Source of the DNA: Octopus vulgaris
Lineage: Eukaryota
NCBI GenBank assembly: GCA_951406725.2
Contig: OX597818.1
Coordinates: 27,528,001-27,592,000, forward strand
Direction: 5' to 3'
Length of the DNA: 64,000 nt
The notes under the pieces are model-generated. The model was not told the origin of the DNA, did not search any database, and saw only the letters and a program-made list of their open reading frames with translations. The translations under genes and the position numbers were made by a program. Position 1 is the first letter of the stretch. The number at the start of each line of letters is the position of its first letter. Below are positions 49,168-62,990 of the stretch, one piece after another.

Positions 49168-52100
49168 TGGCTCTCTCTCGAGTGCGGAGGCACGAAACAA
49201 GAAAATTGTAGTGGCTGTAGAAAACAAGATGGTTTCCGATCCCCCAGAAGATGTGGCATACAATATGACAACAGAAAATTGAAATGCAAAAGAATATATA
49301 ACATGCACAAACTTTTTCTTTTTGTCTCTTCACAAAATGTCCAAGAGTAAAACATGAGATTGACCACAAGAAAGGAATGTCAAATGTAAATTGTTTTTGA
49401 AAGTCTCTTGGGCCAATGAACAATTCTACCCGATCTAGTAATATACGGTGTGCTCGGGGCACCCGTCAACGGCGAAGGTGGCGTTGTAGGAGCCGGTAGA
49501 GGCAGAGGTGTCTGTGTAGGTGAATGTGTTGTCAAAGGTGCATAGGTGGGTGTGGCAACGGTGTCATCAAGAGATGAAGACACCTCAAAATGTGCTTTTT
49601 TTAGTCGGTCCACTGAAACGGTCTCCGCATGACCATTCATTTCAATGGTGAAAACTTTGTGTGTGCGAGAAAGCACACGGAAAAGTCCTTTATAAGGAGA
49701 AACAAGAGGTCTCTTGACAGAGTCGTCTCGAACAAAAACATGCGACAAAGTGTCCATATCCGGTGGGACATGAGAGGGTAGAGATTGTTGCCTGGAAACC
49801 ATGGGCGGAAGATTTGAAAAATAAGAACGCAGTCTGGCGACATAAGACGCCGGATCGTGGGGCTGTGTAGTGTCTGGCACCAGCATCGTACCAGGCAATG
49901 CCAGTGTGGTACCATACAGTAGCTCTGCAGAAGAAAAACCTAGATCTGCCTTGACAGCAGTACGACAACCAAGAAGCACAATTGGCAGAAATTCATTCCA
50001 AGACTGTGGATCTGAAGAGGCACGAAGGGCGGCCTTGAGCTGTCTATGGAACCGTTCAACTAATCCATTAGACGCTGGATGATAATTGGTAGTGTGAATG
50101 TGATGCGAGACAATTCACGAAATAACGAAGCTTCAAACTGACGTCCACGATCAGTAGGCAATCTGGACGGAACTCCGAAATGTGAAATCCAGTAAGAAAC
50201 AAAAGCTCAAGCAACAGACTTAGCAGAAATATCTGCTATCGGAATGGCTTCAGGCCAACGGGAGAAGTGATCGACACAGGTTAAAAGATAAGAAAACCCG
50301 CGACTCACAGGCCATGGTCCAACCAGATCAATGTGGACATGGCGAAAACGGGCCTCCGAAATGGGGAAAGTGTCAAAGCGGGGTACGAACGTGCCATTGA
50401 ATCTTGGACCGTTGACACTTGGAGCAAGTGCGTGTCCAAGAGATAAGAGTGCGACGCATATTCGGCCAGAAAAAACGAGCAGTGATAAGCTTAAGGGTAG
50501 CAGCAATGCCAGGATGTGATAAGGAGTGCAGTGCCTCAAACACTGAGCGTTGGTGATTCTCAGGCACGAGTGGCCTGGGAGAACCAGTGGAAGTATCACA
50601 AAGAATGGTACCTTCGGCTGACGGAAGCGGAAGATAGGCAAACTGGCAACAGGAGAACTTAGGCGAAGTTAAGTCTAACGTCGCCAAAGGTGGCTGCTCC
50701 TGCGAAATGGCAGTTAAGTCAATCGTAGCAGGAGACAAAAGAGAGCAGACTGGAAGGCAAGAGAGAGCGTCAGCAGGAACGTTCTCTTTTCCAGGTATGT
50801 GACGAATGTCACTGTTAAATTGTGACATAAAATCCAAGTGACGGAAAGCACAAGGCGAGAGTTTGTCCGTTTTAGAAAACAGGGCAAACGTAAGAGGCTT
50901 GTGATCCGTATAGATCACAAAATCTCGACCTTCGAGTTGATGCTGGAAATGACGAACCGATAGATAGACGGCTAGGAGCTCACGATCAAAAGTGATGTAT
51001 CGTCGTTCAGCTGGTTGCAGTTGGCGGGAAAAGAAGGCCAGAGGTCGAGTATGATCATCCACTGTGTGTTGTAACACAGCGCCAATCGCAGTGTCCGATG
51101 CGTCTACAGTTAAAGAGAGAGAAGCACCAGGAACCGGATGTGCAAGCAAAGAAACAGAAGCTAGATCCTTCTTGATGGACTCAAAAGCTCTCAGTGCCTC
51201 AACAGAGAGGGTGGCTTGAACGTCCTTTCTAGGAGTGTCCTTTAATAGCCTGGTGAGGGGTAGTAGCTTATCTGCACAACAGGGAATAAAACGTCTGTAG
51301 AAATTGACCATCCCTAGATAATGCCTGAGCTGGCGCAAGGAAGTAGGAGGTGCGATGCATTGAATGGCATCGACTTTTGACAACAGAGGTCTGATTCCAC
51401 TCGAATCAATATGATGACCTAGAAAATCTAGAGAAGATTGTCCGAAAACACACTTGTCAGGATTTATGTGTATACTATAAGCGCGAAGATGCTGAAAAGC
51501 TGAGAGAGGTGCCGGAGATGATTTTCACGGGTGTCGCTCGCAATGAGTATATCATCGACATAGGCAAACGCAAAATCAAGACCACGGACAACCTCATCAA
51601 TGAAGCGCTGGAAAGTGCTGGTAGCATTCCACAAGCCGAAACTCATATATAAAAACTCAAAACACCCAAAAAGGGTAGTAATCGCAGTTTTCGGAACATC
51701 GGCTGGGTTGACCAGTATATGGTGATAAGCGCGTATAAGATCGACTTTTAAAAAAATGGTACAACCATGAAGATTCGCCGAAAAGTCCTGAAGATTTCTT
51801 ATTGGGTAGCGATCAGCTATCGTTACCGCATTGAGGTGTCGATAATCTCCTACCGGGCGAAAATCAGACTCCCCTTTTTGCGCCAAATGAAGGAGAGACG
51901 CCCATGGGCTGGTGGAGGGGCGTATTAGGCCAAGTTGGAGCATGTGCTCAAACTCGGCCCTAGCGGTTTTTTTTTAGACGGTCAGGCACAAGGCGCCGTG
52001 GGCGCGAAAAAACAGGCGGCCCAGTGGTGACGATAAAATGAAGGGTCGAGTGGGTATGCTTTGCCAGCTGAAAGGTAATGTCCACTAGCTCCGGAAATAA

Positions 52101-53843
52101 AGCCAAAAGAGAATGAAAGGCGTCTCCAGAGGTGGCAACAAAAAATGTCGGGCTAAGAACCGCATTGGTGGAACTCCTAGTCGGTGTGGAGAATGACGTA
52201 ATACTGTCAAGAAGCCTCCGACGTCTGACATCTACCAATAGATTAAACCGATCCAAGAAATCAGCACCGAGAATAGGATGCGGGATGTCAGCGATGATGA
52301 AAACCCATTGAAAATCTCAACAAAGATTAATGTCGAGGCGTAGTGAAATCTGACCGAAGGTAGATATAGGAGACGAGTCAATGGCATGCAAAACAATTGA
52401 AGAATGCTTGGGTTTGTCTGCAGTCAGACGAAGAGGCCAAATGCTACAACATGAACCGATGTCTACTATGAAGAATTTCTTCGACACCAGATCTTTGACA
52501 AAAAATGCACCATTTGTAGGAAGAGAAAAGGAAGAAGGTGCCGTGCTCAACTTCTCCGGATTTAGTTTAATGAGGGTTTGAAATTGCATGGCTGGGTACA
52601 CTTGTTTGCCTTTTCGGCAAAATTTATGTGGTACCAGCACAAGCCGGAATGCTTCCCAGAGGAAAGATAAAGAGAGCCACCCCGACTATGACTGCGTGAA
52701 CGACGCCTATTCCCATGGCACAGATCATCCATGCGTTGTGTAAGTGCATCTATCTTATCTGCTAAAGAATTATGTGTCAGAGAAGAAGCTGTCGGAGGGT
52801 CTCGGTACATGTGCACAAACTACGCGACAAAGGTGGGCCAGAAAATTCCAAGATTTTATCAGCCATTGTGGCAATTTGGTCAACAGTGTTAGACTCCCGG
52901 GCTGTGGCCAAAATTGTCTGCACGTTGGCAGGCAACCTGGAGAAAAATATCTTGCACAGCAGAGGCGCGTCTGCTGAGTTCCCACTTAATTCCCTTAAAC
53001 GACGCAGGAATTGTGAGGGTGTTCTATCCCCCAACTGTTCATCAGCCATGAGCTCATTGAACTTGCTCTCCTCTGACCGCATGTTGCGTCGGAGAATTTC
53101 TGCTTTGACTGACGCATAGGTGGCATCTGGGTTGGGACTCGTTAAGAGATCCCTGGCCGATGTGGCAAGTTGAGGAGGCAAGCTACAGTAGAAGAGATGT
53201 AACTGCTGATTGGGAGAGACGACATGGGTGGTAAAGTGGGACTCAATTTGGGCAAACCAAAGGCCCGCATCTCCCCAGTGAATAAAGGCAAACCTGGTCC
53301 AGACATGTTTGTTCAAAATATCTGTCACAGAGCAAAGGGAAATGAGTAGAAGCAAAACGACGAGAAACGGCAAAAACTAGTGAACCGACAAAAAAAATAT
53401 GTTCATGGATTGGTGTGTGTGTGTACAAAAAAACAGAAAGGCAAAAAAATTTTCTTTTTTTTGTAAGAACAATTTTTTTAATAACTTACTGAGTGTGGTG
53501 GAGAAAACTTTTTGTATGCACCTTCTGCCGTCCTGAAAGGAAGAAAAAAAAAAGAAAATGAAACAGAGAGAGAAAACTTGAGACAAAGAAAACACAAGTT
53601 GTTAACGCACGTGTGTGCTAACGTATATAAGTTTGTGTTCTGTTTCTGTGCTTTTTCTTTTTATCGGCATGGAAATACTTTACGCTTAAATTTCTATAAT
53701 TATGAATTTTTATCACTTCTTATTTTAAACTTGACAAAGACAAACTTACTGTTGAAATATTGTTCAACCAATAAAATATCTTACAATCGAATCACACTCT
53801 TTATCTTGACTGTTTACCCTTTGTGAAGAGTTAGGTCATACCA
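48770..53843 (-). mobile_element. CsRn1-clade Ty3/gypsy retrotransposon, disabled; 5' LTR missing
   Basis: Gag LWFAQIE..LGDRTPSQFL with the CHCC motif CWYHINFAEKANKCTQPC; PR IVDIGS; RT AYVDD; RH VDASD and YTDHKPL; IN HPG..CSKC, VHIDLVGP, GLVERFHRQLK; PPT 49168-49180. Confidence 0.93.
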
Positions 53844-53849
53844 TTTTAA

Positions 53850-54061
53850 AATATTATTATTATTATTACTATTATTATTATTATTATTGTTATTATTCAG
53901 GCTACTGCTTGGAATCGAACTCGGAATCTTTGGGTTAGTAGCCCGTGCTCTTAACCACTACGTCATATGCCCGTTATGTCATATGCCCACGAGCATATGG
54001 CTTAGTGGTTAGAAGCACGGGCTACTAATCCTAAGATTCCGAGTTTGATTCCAGGCAGTGA

Positions 54062-54127
<66 letters not shown>

Positions 54128-54320
54128 TAATAATAACAACAACAACATCGATAAAATACCTTAGGAATGAGAACCCAGGTTCGAAATTTCCCCAAGACAC
54201 CTGATGAAGGCTGGAGGGTATATCAGCTGAAATGTTGTGCTAACAACAAACAAGATGAGGACAAATGTCCGTCAAATGTAAATAATGTACATAATTCTTC
54301 ATCTCTTAAATATAGAACTG
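53850..54320 (+). mobile_element. Composite tRNA head + (AAT)n + hammerhead tail element, with an inverted upstream copy of the head
   Basis: Head 53991-54065 (A-box TGGCTTAGTGG, B-box GTTTGATTCC); inverted copy 53898-53973; HHR-like motif 54196-54241. Confidence 0.75.
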
Positions 54321-55430
54321 TATTATTTATTTTTATTCATATCAATAAAGTATATTCAATTTTGTTGAGATTTAATTCTTCTCGTCTAGTGTGTTGTAAG
54401 GTAAAAAAGTTTGACAGAAACTGCTCTAACCTCACATGTCAGCAAAGTTATGGAACACTTTGTCAGGAAGAATTGATCACATACCTGGAAGATAAAGACA
54501 TGCACCCTGACACCCAGCATGGTATCTGTTCAGGAAGAAGCTGCCTTTACAGCTCCTGCAGTAGTTTGACAACTAACGAATTACCCAAATATGGATGTGA
54601 TCTATCTCAATTTTGTATAGGCCGATCATGTGATTATGTGTCACAAGCTATGGAAACTCAATATAGTTGGAAAACTGGGAAAGTGGCTACATAGCTTCTT
54701 AAAAGATAGAATCCACTGCTGTTTATGGTGGCTCTTTTGGACATGCTATCATTTATACAGATGGTCAAACTTACTTCTATGCTGACAACACAAAGTTAAT
54801 ACAAGTAGTCAAAGAACTTCTCAATGCTAATCTTCTACAGGAAGACCTAGATGCCATATATAAAAGGGCTGAAGAAAACAACATGCAGTTTAATGCAGGA
54901 AAATTTCAAGCTCTCTGCTATCAGATACCTTGTGCTAACATGCCACAACAAAGATACTTTGGACCAAAAGGAACAGCAATACCGGAGTCATGTGCAGTGC
55001 AAAATCTGAAGTTGATATGAGAAATATCATCTTGTTTCATGTGTATTTCACCAAGATGGTGGCAATGTGCAGACAAATGACCAAATGAATTCTGAGAACT
55101 TTTGGAACAAGGGACCAGGAAGCTATGCTGATTTTATAGAAGACATTTGTTCGCAGCCGTCTTTCATCTGTGGTCAACCGACAGTATCAGATTAATAGTG
55201 GAGCTTGAGGCAGTTTTTAAGAAACAACTTGACCTATTGCTGTCCAAAGTCAGGGGTGAACCTACATCATGGCAAGAAACTCAGAAGAGGGCAACCATAT
55301 CAAACTTTCCACTTCACCCAAAGCCAATTACATGAGAATAGCCATCAGAAAGGTGATAATAACAGTGGACCCCAGCATTGTTACAGTCTCTAGGCTGAAG
55401 CACATAAAAGAATATCTATCTCTCTATCTT

Positions 55431-55625
<195 letters not shown>

Positions 55626-55692
55626 ACATGCATATGTATATAAATATCTCTATATATTTCTATCTATTGTACCTACACACACACACACACAC

Positions 55693-56725
55693 TACGTAGG
55701 TAGAAACTCCATAAGATGTACCCAGTGCAAGCTATGGACACCTAAGAGGTGCTACAATATCAGAGGAAGATTAACTGGGAAAATAGTTTTTGTGTGTGGA
55801 AGAGGCACAAGTACAACAAAAATTGAAAATATACAGATAATAGATTCTATCAACTGCTAGATGTAGATGTTAGCTTCTATTATTTAGACAACCAAGTCAG
55901 TAGTGGAAGGGGTAGCTCCAAGAGTGTAGCTGTGAGAATAAGAGTAGGCTGGGAAAAGCTCAAGGAGCTCCTACCCCTGTTGTCAACAAAGGGCTTCTCC
56001 CTCATAGTGAAAGGCAGACTGTATGATGCCTGTAGGCAAACAGCTATGCTACATGGCAGTGAAACATGGGCTGTGACTGCCAAGGACAGTGTAGGTTTGA
56101 AAGAAATGAAGTTAGCATGCTGTGCTGGATGTGCAATGCCAGAGTGCATGTACAACTGAGTGTAAGTATCTTGAGAGAAAAGTTGGGCATACAAAGCATC
56201 AGGTATGGTGTGCAAGAGAGATGACTGTACTGGTATGGTCATGTGATGCATATGGACAAGGACAGCTGTATAAAGAAGTACTGATCTCTAACTGTGGAGG
56301 GAACCTGCGGTAGAGATAGACCCAGGAAGACATGGGATGAGTTGGTGAAGCATGATCTTCTGATGCTGGGCCTCACAGAAGCAATGACTAGTGACTTAAA
56401 CCTTTTGTGATATGCTGTGCTTGAGAAGATCTGTCAAGCCAAGTAAAATCATAATTGTGGCTGATGCTGGTGTCACATAACTAGCACTCATGCTGGTGGC
56501 ACATAAAAAGCACCATTCGAAGCAGTGTGACCAACACTGGTGTCATGTAACTGACATGTAAAAGCACCCATTACACTCATGGAGTGGTTGGTGTTAGGAA
56601 GGGCATCCAGATATAGAAACCATGCCAAATCAGACTGGAGTCTGGTGCTGCCCATCAGCCTACCAGCCCTGGTCAAACCGTCCAAGCCATGCCAGCATGG
56701 ACAATGAATGTATAATGATGATGAT
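55693..56725 (+). mobile_element. 5'-truncated RTE LINE
   Basis: [24 protein letters not shown], 3'UTR and (GAT)n. Confidence 0.9.
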
Positions 56726-56734
56726 ACATATATA

Positions 56735-58750
56735 ATCATCGTCACCATCATTTTACATTCACTTGCCATGCTGGCATGGATTGGATGATTTGACAAAGGC
56801 TGGCAAGCCAGACCACTTTGGCAAGGTCTGCTGTCTGCTTCTACAACTGGATGCCGTTCCCAATGTCATCCACTTTACAGAGTGTGCTTGGTGCTTTTGG
56901 TGTGGCATCAGCACTGGCAGGATCACCTAATAACTTGTAAGAGAAAGATACCTCAACTGGGAGGTGGAAGAGTGTTGAAGGAAGTGTTTTTGTCCTAATG
57001 TTTTTGATGAGAGGTTGAAAAGAGAATGATAGGGGGATAAAGATAGGCATCTTACTGTAGAAGAGATACAAGGAAAAGAAAGTTGGAAATGAAAGGAAAG
57101 AGATATTTAGAGAAAACAGACAGATAGACAGACAGACAGATAGAGATAGTAGTGGTGGAAATGTGTCAGAATATAAAGGTATAATGGGATGTGAATATAG
57201 GTGAAATGATTCAGAGGACTGGACAAGGGGAAAGGGCAGGGGGATGGAGGGGAAGTTTCAAAGTTTCATAAAAATGTGAGGACAGACAGTCACAGATGGC
57301 ATGATGGCATACAGGTGGCTGTTGTACATGATAGTGAGATATATAGGAGTGGCTCAGAGTGGGGGTGGAGTTATCATAGGTATGTGAGCACATTAGAAGT
57401 GATAGAAGATAAGAGAGGTGTTAATGACGAGGAATAGCAGAGTGGAAAGAGCAATGAGATGGAGGATAATAGAGGGAAGACAACAATGGCTGAAGATTCA
57501 AGGAGATGATTAGTAGAAACTATGGGCAGGGAAGATGACAAATAGAGGTGGTTCTGGGAGGGTGAGAAAGAGGAAGTTCACCTAGAGGAAGGGATCTTGT
57601 ATGTGCTGATTGTGCTCTTGAGTGATTGTGGTGGCTGAGTAATATCATACATTGAGAAATATTGAGTGTTAGGGAATGAGATATGGGAGAAATGCTTGAT
57701 GGGACACGGAGAATGAATGGAGGTGAGGAAGAGCCCCATGTGTGCAAGCATTTGCCAAGATCATTTTAGGATATCAATTCTCCTGTGGAAGATGAATCTT
57801 CATGAGCACAGCAAAGGATCAGACATCTTGGTCCTTTATCATCTCGATAAGGTTCAGCTTCTTGAGATCAATTGTCAATACTTTGTCCCACATCTTCCAG
57901 GATTTTCCTCTTCCACAAGTTCCATCCACTTTAAGTGAACGGCACTTCTTTATGCAACTGTTCTCATCCATATAAACAAACCAATTCAGTCTTCTCTCTA
58001 GTATGTTCCTCTTATGCCTAACATTTTTCTCAATACACTAGCACTCTGTCATACATGTACACTGACACTGAACATCCAATGGAGTATACTAGCTTCATTC
58101 CTATGTAGTCTTTAAGGGCCCTCTGGATTTTGGGCCTATGCTTCACTAATGCTGTTCACACACAAGCATCATACAATCTGCCTTTGGTTGACAATTGAGG
58201 TAAAAACTCTCAGAATTTTCTCCTTTCTTTTCTTATTCTAACAATTACACTTTCAGAACACCCTCCTCCACTGCTAATTAGGTCAATTTCTTAACAGAAG
58301 TATTTACTACCAATAGAGAGCCTCTGGAGATGGTTCCTGTGCATCTTCCACATAAAAACACCTTGTCATAGTTTGCACTGAGTACACTGATGAAATTTCT
58401 GCCGATACTTTTCCTACATATCAAGCTGGGCCATTTAACTTTTTCTGTTGTTGAGGTAATCTGCAAAAGAGATTCATACAAACAATCCTTCTGTTCATCT
58501 GCCATTCCATCATGTAGAGCTTATGCAGAGATAAATGTTATTGTTGCATTATACAAGACTGTTCTTAGCTTAACAATCCTATTACACTCCCTGACTATTT
58601 CTTTCACTTTACCCACTCATTTCATTTCCAAATGAATACCTCTGTCACCTACTCCATCACTACTGTCTATCTAGTAGAATTTGTATCTATGTTTCTTGCT
58701 CACAAACAGTCTAGCTGAGGTTCCCCACCATCTCTTATACCTCTAATACA
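56735..58750 (-). mobile_element. Heavily deleted RTE LINE, tail-to-tail with the previous copy
   Basis: Tail 56735-56950, GA-rich block, RT C-terminal remnants near 57800-58430, APE remnants near 58450-58750. Confidence 0.7.
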
Positions 58751-59259
58751 AAGTATACTTCTACAGGCCTTTGTTTAAGCATTTCAACAATATTACCAGA
58801 CCCACCTCTGTTTAGATATGTTTCAGCTAAAAATTGGTGCAGGTCATGTCTAACTTAATAGCACCACGTAATAGAATCTAAGTAGCCAGTTGTTTGTGGT
58901 TGAGATGTATTTAGGTATAGGTGGCTTGTCTGGTGTTCTTTGAAGAAATTTGTCCAGATATCATTTGAAGGTGATGAGGTCTTTCTTTCTTTGATTTGAT
59001 TTGCTAAGTTGAGCAGAGCCAATCATTCACTCACTTTGTCTATCTACCCTTTCATCCATGTCACACTCTTACTACCCTCTCTCACTCATGCTAGCTCTTT
59101 TAACACTGCTCTTCTATCTAACTACTCAACTAGCAAAGTCTCATTCATCTTACAGTGTAGAAGGTAAACCTTACTAAAATTCCACTCACAGTATTCTGTA
59201 AAGTGGTTGATGAGTTGTCTAGGGTTAGTTGATAAATTATATTACTTAATTAACGAAAA

Positions 59260-59760
59260 GAGTAAGTGATCAGAAAGCATAGTAGCAACAGTAAGAACTG
59301 GCTGGAAGAAGTTCAGGATGTTGTTACCTCTGCTGGTAACAAAAGGATTTTTCTCAGAGTGAAAGGTAGATTGTATGATGCTTGTATATGATGTGTAATG
59401 CTGTTTGGAAGTGAGACATGGGCCTCTTTGAGTGCAGATTTATGAAGACTAGAATGAAATGAAATGAACATATTCTGCTGGATGTGTAATAGTTGTGTGC
59501 ACGAACTATGGAGCATAAAGTAACTGAGGGGAAAACTGCACGAAAGGAATCAGATGCAATGTACAAGAGAGAAGAATGCCTTGATACAAACATATAATGA
59601 ACATGAAGGAGGACATCTGTTTAAAAGATAGTGTTGCATGCTCAAAATGATTGAAACATGCAGAAGAAGGAGGCTGAGGAAAAGTGGGGACAATGTGGTG
59701 AAGACAGATCTGAAGTTGTTGAATCTCACAGACAAAGTAACAAAGGGTTGTATGGATTGA
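59260..59760 (+). mobile_element. Old RTE C-terminal fragment
   Basis: RVKGRLYDAC..MLFGSETW motifs. Confidence 0.75.
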
Positions 59761-60294
59761 CATAATAAAGAAGTTGTGAAAATTTGTGGGAAACTCTTTT
59801 ACAGAGTATCTTCTAATGTAGCAACAGGCCTACATCAAGGATTGATTGGGCTATACACAGTGCTGAGGAGTATCATCAGTTCAAATTGGGAAACCTGTCA
59901 GCTGAAGATGACCTCCATTTCTATATGATTCTACAAGACATTTATCACATTACAAAAGTGTTTCCTGCAGCTTGTTAAAAGCATTGACTTCTGTGAAGTC
60001 TCTGAAGAAGTAGATATATATATATATAAATGTTTAGGCCAAGAACCAGATCACAGACAGCTGTTAGATTGTTTGAATACAGATGAAAACTTCCTGTAAA
60101 GTTTGTATTATAGGTGATGAAATGTAGGTGTATGATCATCATGTCAAGACAAAAAGCTTTTATCACATTATTTTCACAATGAAAAACAATATGTCAAAGT
60201 CACTCAAGTGACTGGAGAGACATTGTCCATTATTAGTTTCTTTCATGTGGTCAAATGATGAATACAATTTTTTGCTTCGGAATTGCTGTGAGGG

Positions 60295-60442
60295 ACAGTA
60301 ATTAGATTTGCAACCACAATGTACCACCAAGTATAGTAAAGTATATAATATACTATACTATACTAGTGTAAGTATAGTATATACTATACTCTACTAGTCT
60401 AGGCATAGTATAGTATATTGTGGTTGCAAAATGAAATACTGT
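60295..60442. mobile_element. Small hairpin MITE-like element with a (TATAC)n core
   Basis: ACAGTA..TTTGCAACCACAAT / ATTGTGGTTGCAAA..TACTGT. Confidence 0.55.
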
Positions 60443-60550
60443 GACCTTGTCAGCAGTTTATATATGTGTGTACCATTTACCAGGAATGTGTTTAATATGC
60501 AAATTGCTCTATCCAGCGATGTCGCACTGCTAAACATATTGAGTATTTAA

Positions 60551-60748
60551 CCCTTTCGTTACTGTATTTATATTAAGATGCTCTGTGTTTCTTTCAATTA
60601 CAAAGAATATAGTAAAATAACTTAGTTATCATTAAGCTAGTGTTAGGAACATAAATTGTGACTAAGGTTTGGTGGAAGATTTTAATTCAAAACTTATGAA
60701 AACAAGACATTTGTACTCAGAACCAGAGCCGGGTTGGTAATGAAAGGG
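60551..60748. mobile_element. piggyBac-type MITE
   Basis: TTAA TSD on both sides; TIRs CCCTTTCGTTAC / GTAATGAAAGGG. Confidence 0.9.
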
Positions 60749-61411
60749 TTAAACAATGTGTTCATGGACAGTTGATGGGTTGGATTTGATACTGATGAAA
60801 GAGCAGAAACTCTTGAAATATGCATATACACCCAAAACCTTTTTTTTTTCTATCTTCAATTGCATTGTTTACATACATGTATTTGTTTACAAAATATCAT
60901 AACTTGCAGTAATGGCTCTGAGTTCTTTAGAAAATCTATAAAATTAAAATGTTTTACTTGGATATTCTGACGTATTTTAGAGACAGGGTGTAATAGAAGT
61001 TACTTAAAGTATGAACTAACAACACTGTTGTATTTTGTTTTCCTCTGCATTTTTCTGATTTTCTATGTCTTGTATTTTATTATTTATCCTCTATACTGTT
61101 CTATCTTATATACTTGCTCTTCATAATTTCACCATGATAAAACTTGTTGTTCAGTGGGTTCCTGATTTTGCAAAGACAATTTCCTATGATTAATATCAAA
61201 TTATTTTCTACATTGTATTATTTTGCATCATGGACTTCATGCTCCTTATTTGTAGAAATTGTTGCTACCAGTATTTTGTCCTTTTGTTTGTAGATAATGG
61301 AATTCAATCTGATACATTTGAAATACTTGTTAATTGTACAATGCTTCTGTGGTAAGTAACAGTATGTTTCTGATATAAACACTTGTTTTCAGAATTTTCA
61401 GCTATCATATA

Positions 61412-62990
61412 CGAGGGGGTACCCAAAAAACCCAAAATTTTGCAGTGTTATTTTATTCACTTGGTTTTATATGTTTACGCTCTTACTGCATCGCCTTCAA
61501 AGTATTCTCCCTTTGAAGCAATGCATCAGTCCAGATGCATTTTCTACTGTTCAAAGCAGTATTGGAACTCTTGCGATATGGTGCCTTTTAATGCGTTTGT
61601 CATTTTTTTATTCACCTCTGCACATTTTGTAGCACTAACTTTTGTCACTAGTGATGAACCTCGAAGAAAAGATCCAGATCAATTTCCATCTATTCTTTCA
61701 GTTCACAACACACATTCAGTTATAACTGCTTTTGATCTTCTGTGAGCAAGTGAGGCACAAATTTTGCTGAAACTCTTTTCAGCCACAAAATTCGTTGGCA
61801 GGAGTTCTAGGATACACCAATCATATCAACAAGTCTGTCAATTGTTCAGTGACGGTCCTCCAATAATGTTTTCATTCATTCGTTAGTCTCTAACCGACAA
61901 ATGACCATTCCTAAAGTATGAAAATAACTCATAAACTTGTGTTTTGCTCATAGCAGCATCCTTGTAAGTTGTTTGAAGCATGACAACTGTTTCAGCCACC
62001 ATATTCCCCAGTCAAAAACAGAATTTTATAAAAGTCAACTAGCAGCATAGCCCAGGTATGTAAGAGCCCCTAGTAGGCAACGACTAATCCCAATCTAGTC
62101 CTTTCCCTCTAGGGAACGAAGGCGCATGTGTAGGTTGCAATGTCTTCTCTTCACTCGAATACTTCTGTGTATACGATGTTCCTAGCTGTCCCTTTGGGCG
62201 ATAAAAAGGTCGAGTTGCATCCCCTAGAGTGTCTGTGGTTTGTGTTTAATACACAAATCGGTTTGCTATGTGTGCCACATATGATTTAATTAACCGATTT
62301 TTTCCAGTAATAAAGTATCCTATTGGAATAAAAAGGGCCATATAGTTTCTTGGAGCAGACATGATGCTCGCTGTGAATTAAAAAAAAAATTCCTGCCAAT
62401 TTGTGAAAGATATTGTCGAAAAATATGTCATCTTGAATTTGAACGCGATTTCCCAAATGGCATGATTTTATCGATTTTTTCTGATGGTAAGGTATTGCAT
62501 GGAAAACTAACGTCAGAATTAAGTTTCTTAGGGTAACATCACCATGAGTTTGATGAAAATCGATTGCAAGTTGCGAAAACTACAACAGAAAATGTGTTGC
62601 ATATAAAAAGCTTAGATTCTCAACCCCATGTCAAATTTATCAATTCTTTTCAGAACTGGGGGAACTTTTCAAAATTTTCGCTGCGTTAGTTTTGAATTCT
62701 GACATTGGGCTATGTGTGTGTCAAGTTTCATCAGAATTGGTTGAAAGCCGTGGTCAGGGTGAGGGTACAACCTGACAGACACACAGACAGACAAACTGCC
62801 GTTTATATATAGAGAGATGAACAAGGGAGAAGCACTGCAACACAAAGATGCACCATGTGGCAGTACAACCTCTCTAGATGATGCCAGTCAGCAGATTGAT
62901 GCCTTAGGGCTGCATCAAGTGGTGGAAGCCCAAACTACAACAGGCTTGTCCTACAGAGAATGTTTCCGGTTACTTTTGGGTACCCCCTCG
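61412..62990 (-). mobile_element. Decayed mariner interrupted by a Helitron
   Basis: TA-CGAGGGGGTACCCAAAA / TTTTGGGTACCCCCTCG-TA; minus-strand transposase remnants (FCA..LT, FITSD, C.KGEYFEGD). Confidence 0.88.
62039..62817 (-). mobile_element. Non-autonomous Helitron
   Basis: Minus strand starts TCTCTCTATATATAAA and ends CTAG; inserted between A and T with no TSD; (GTCT)n near the 5' end; subterminal hairpin partly deleted. Confidence 0.8.

Larger units (their letters stand above)
48495..54423. mobile_element. Non-autonomous hAT (Charlie/Buster-like) carrying nested inserts
   Basis: TIRs CAGTGTCTGCCAAACT / AGTTTGACAGAAACTG; 8-bp TSD CTCAAACC (48487-48494) / CTCTAACC (54424-54431); host LINE RT reads through when it is removed. 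Confidence 0.85.
45860..55400 (+). mobile_element. Decayed CR1/L2-group LINE (APE-RT), interrupted by several insertions
   Basis: APE MALTETHL, GVAMYI, PTRDKNVL.FCF; RT NYRPISL(T)|SHVSKVME split by the hAT; YADNTK, MQFNAGKFQ, FKKQLD.LL at the 3' end. Confidence 0.8.

Noticed and set aside
53991-54065. Functional tRNA gene (apparent ACT anticodon)
   Set aside because: The acceptor stem does not pair properly, it runs into (AAT)n and it has an inverted twin; this is a SINE head.
59790-60260. Host exon or MULE/SWIM transposase remnant
   Set aside because: All frames are interrupted and motif similarity is too weak to call by eye.
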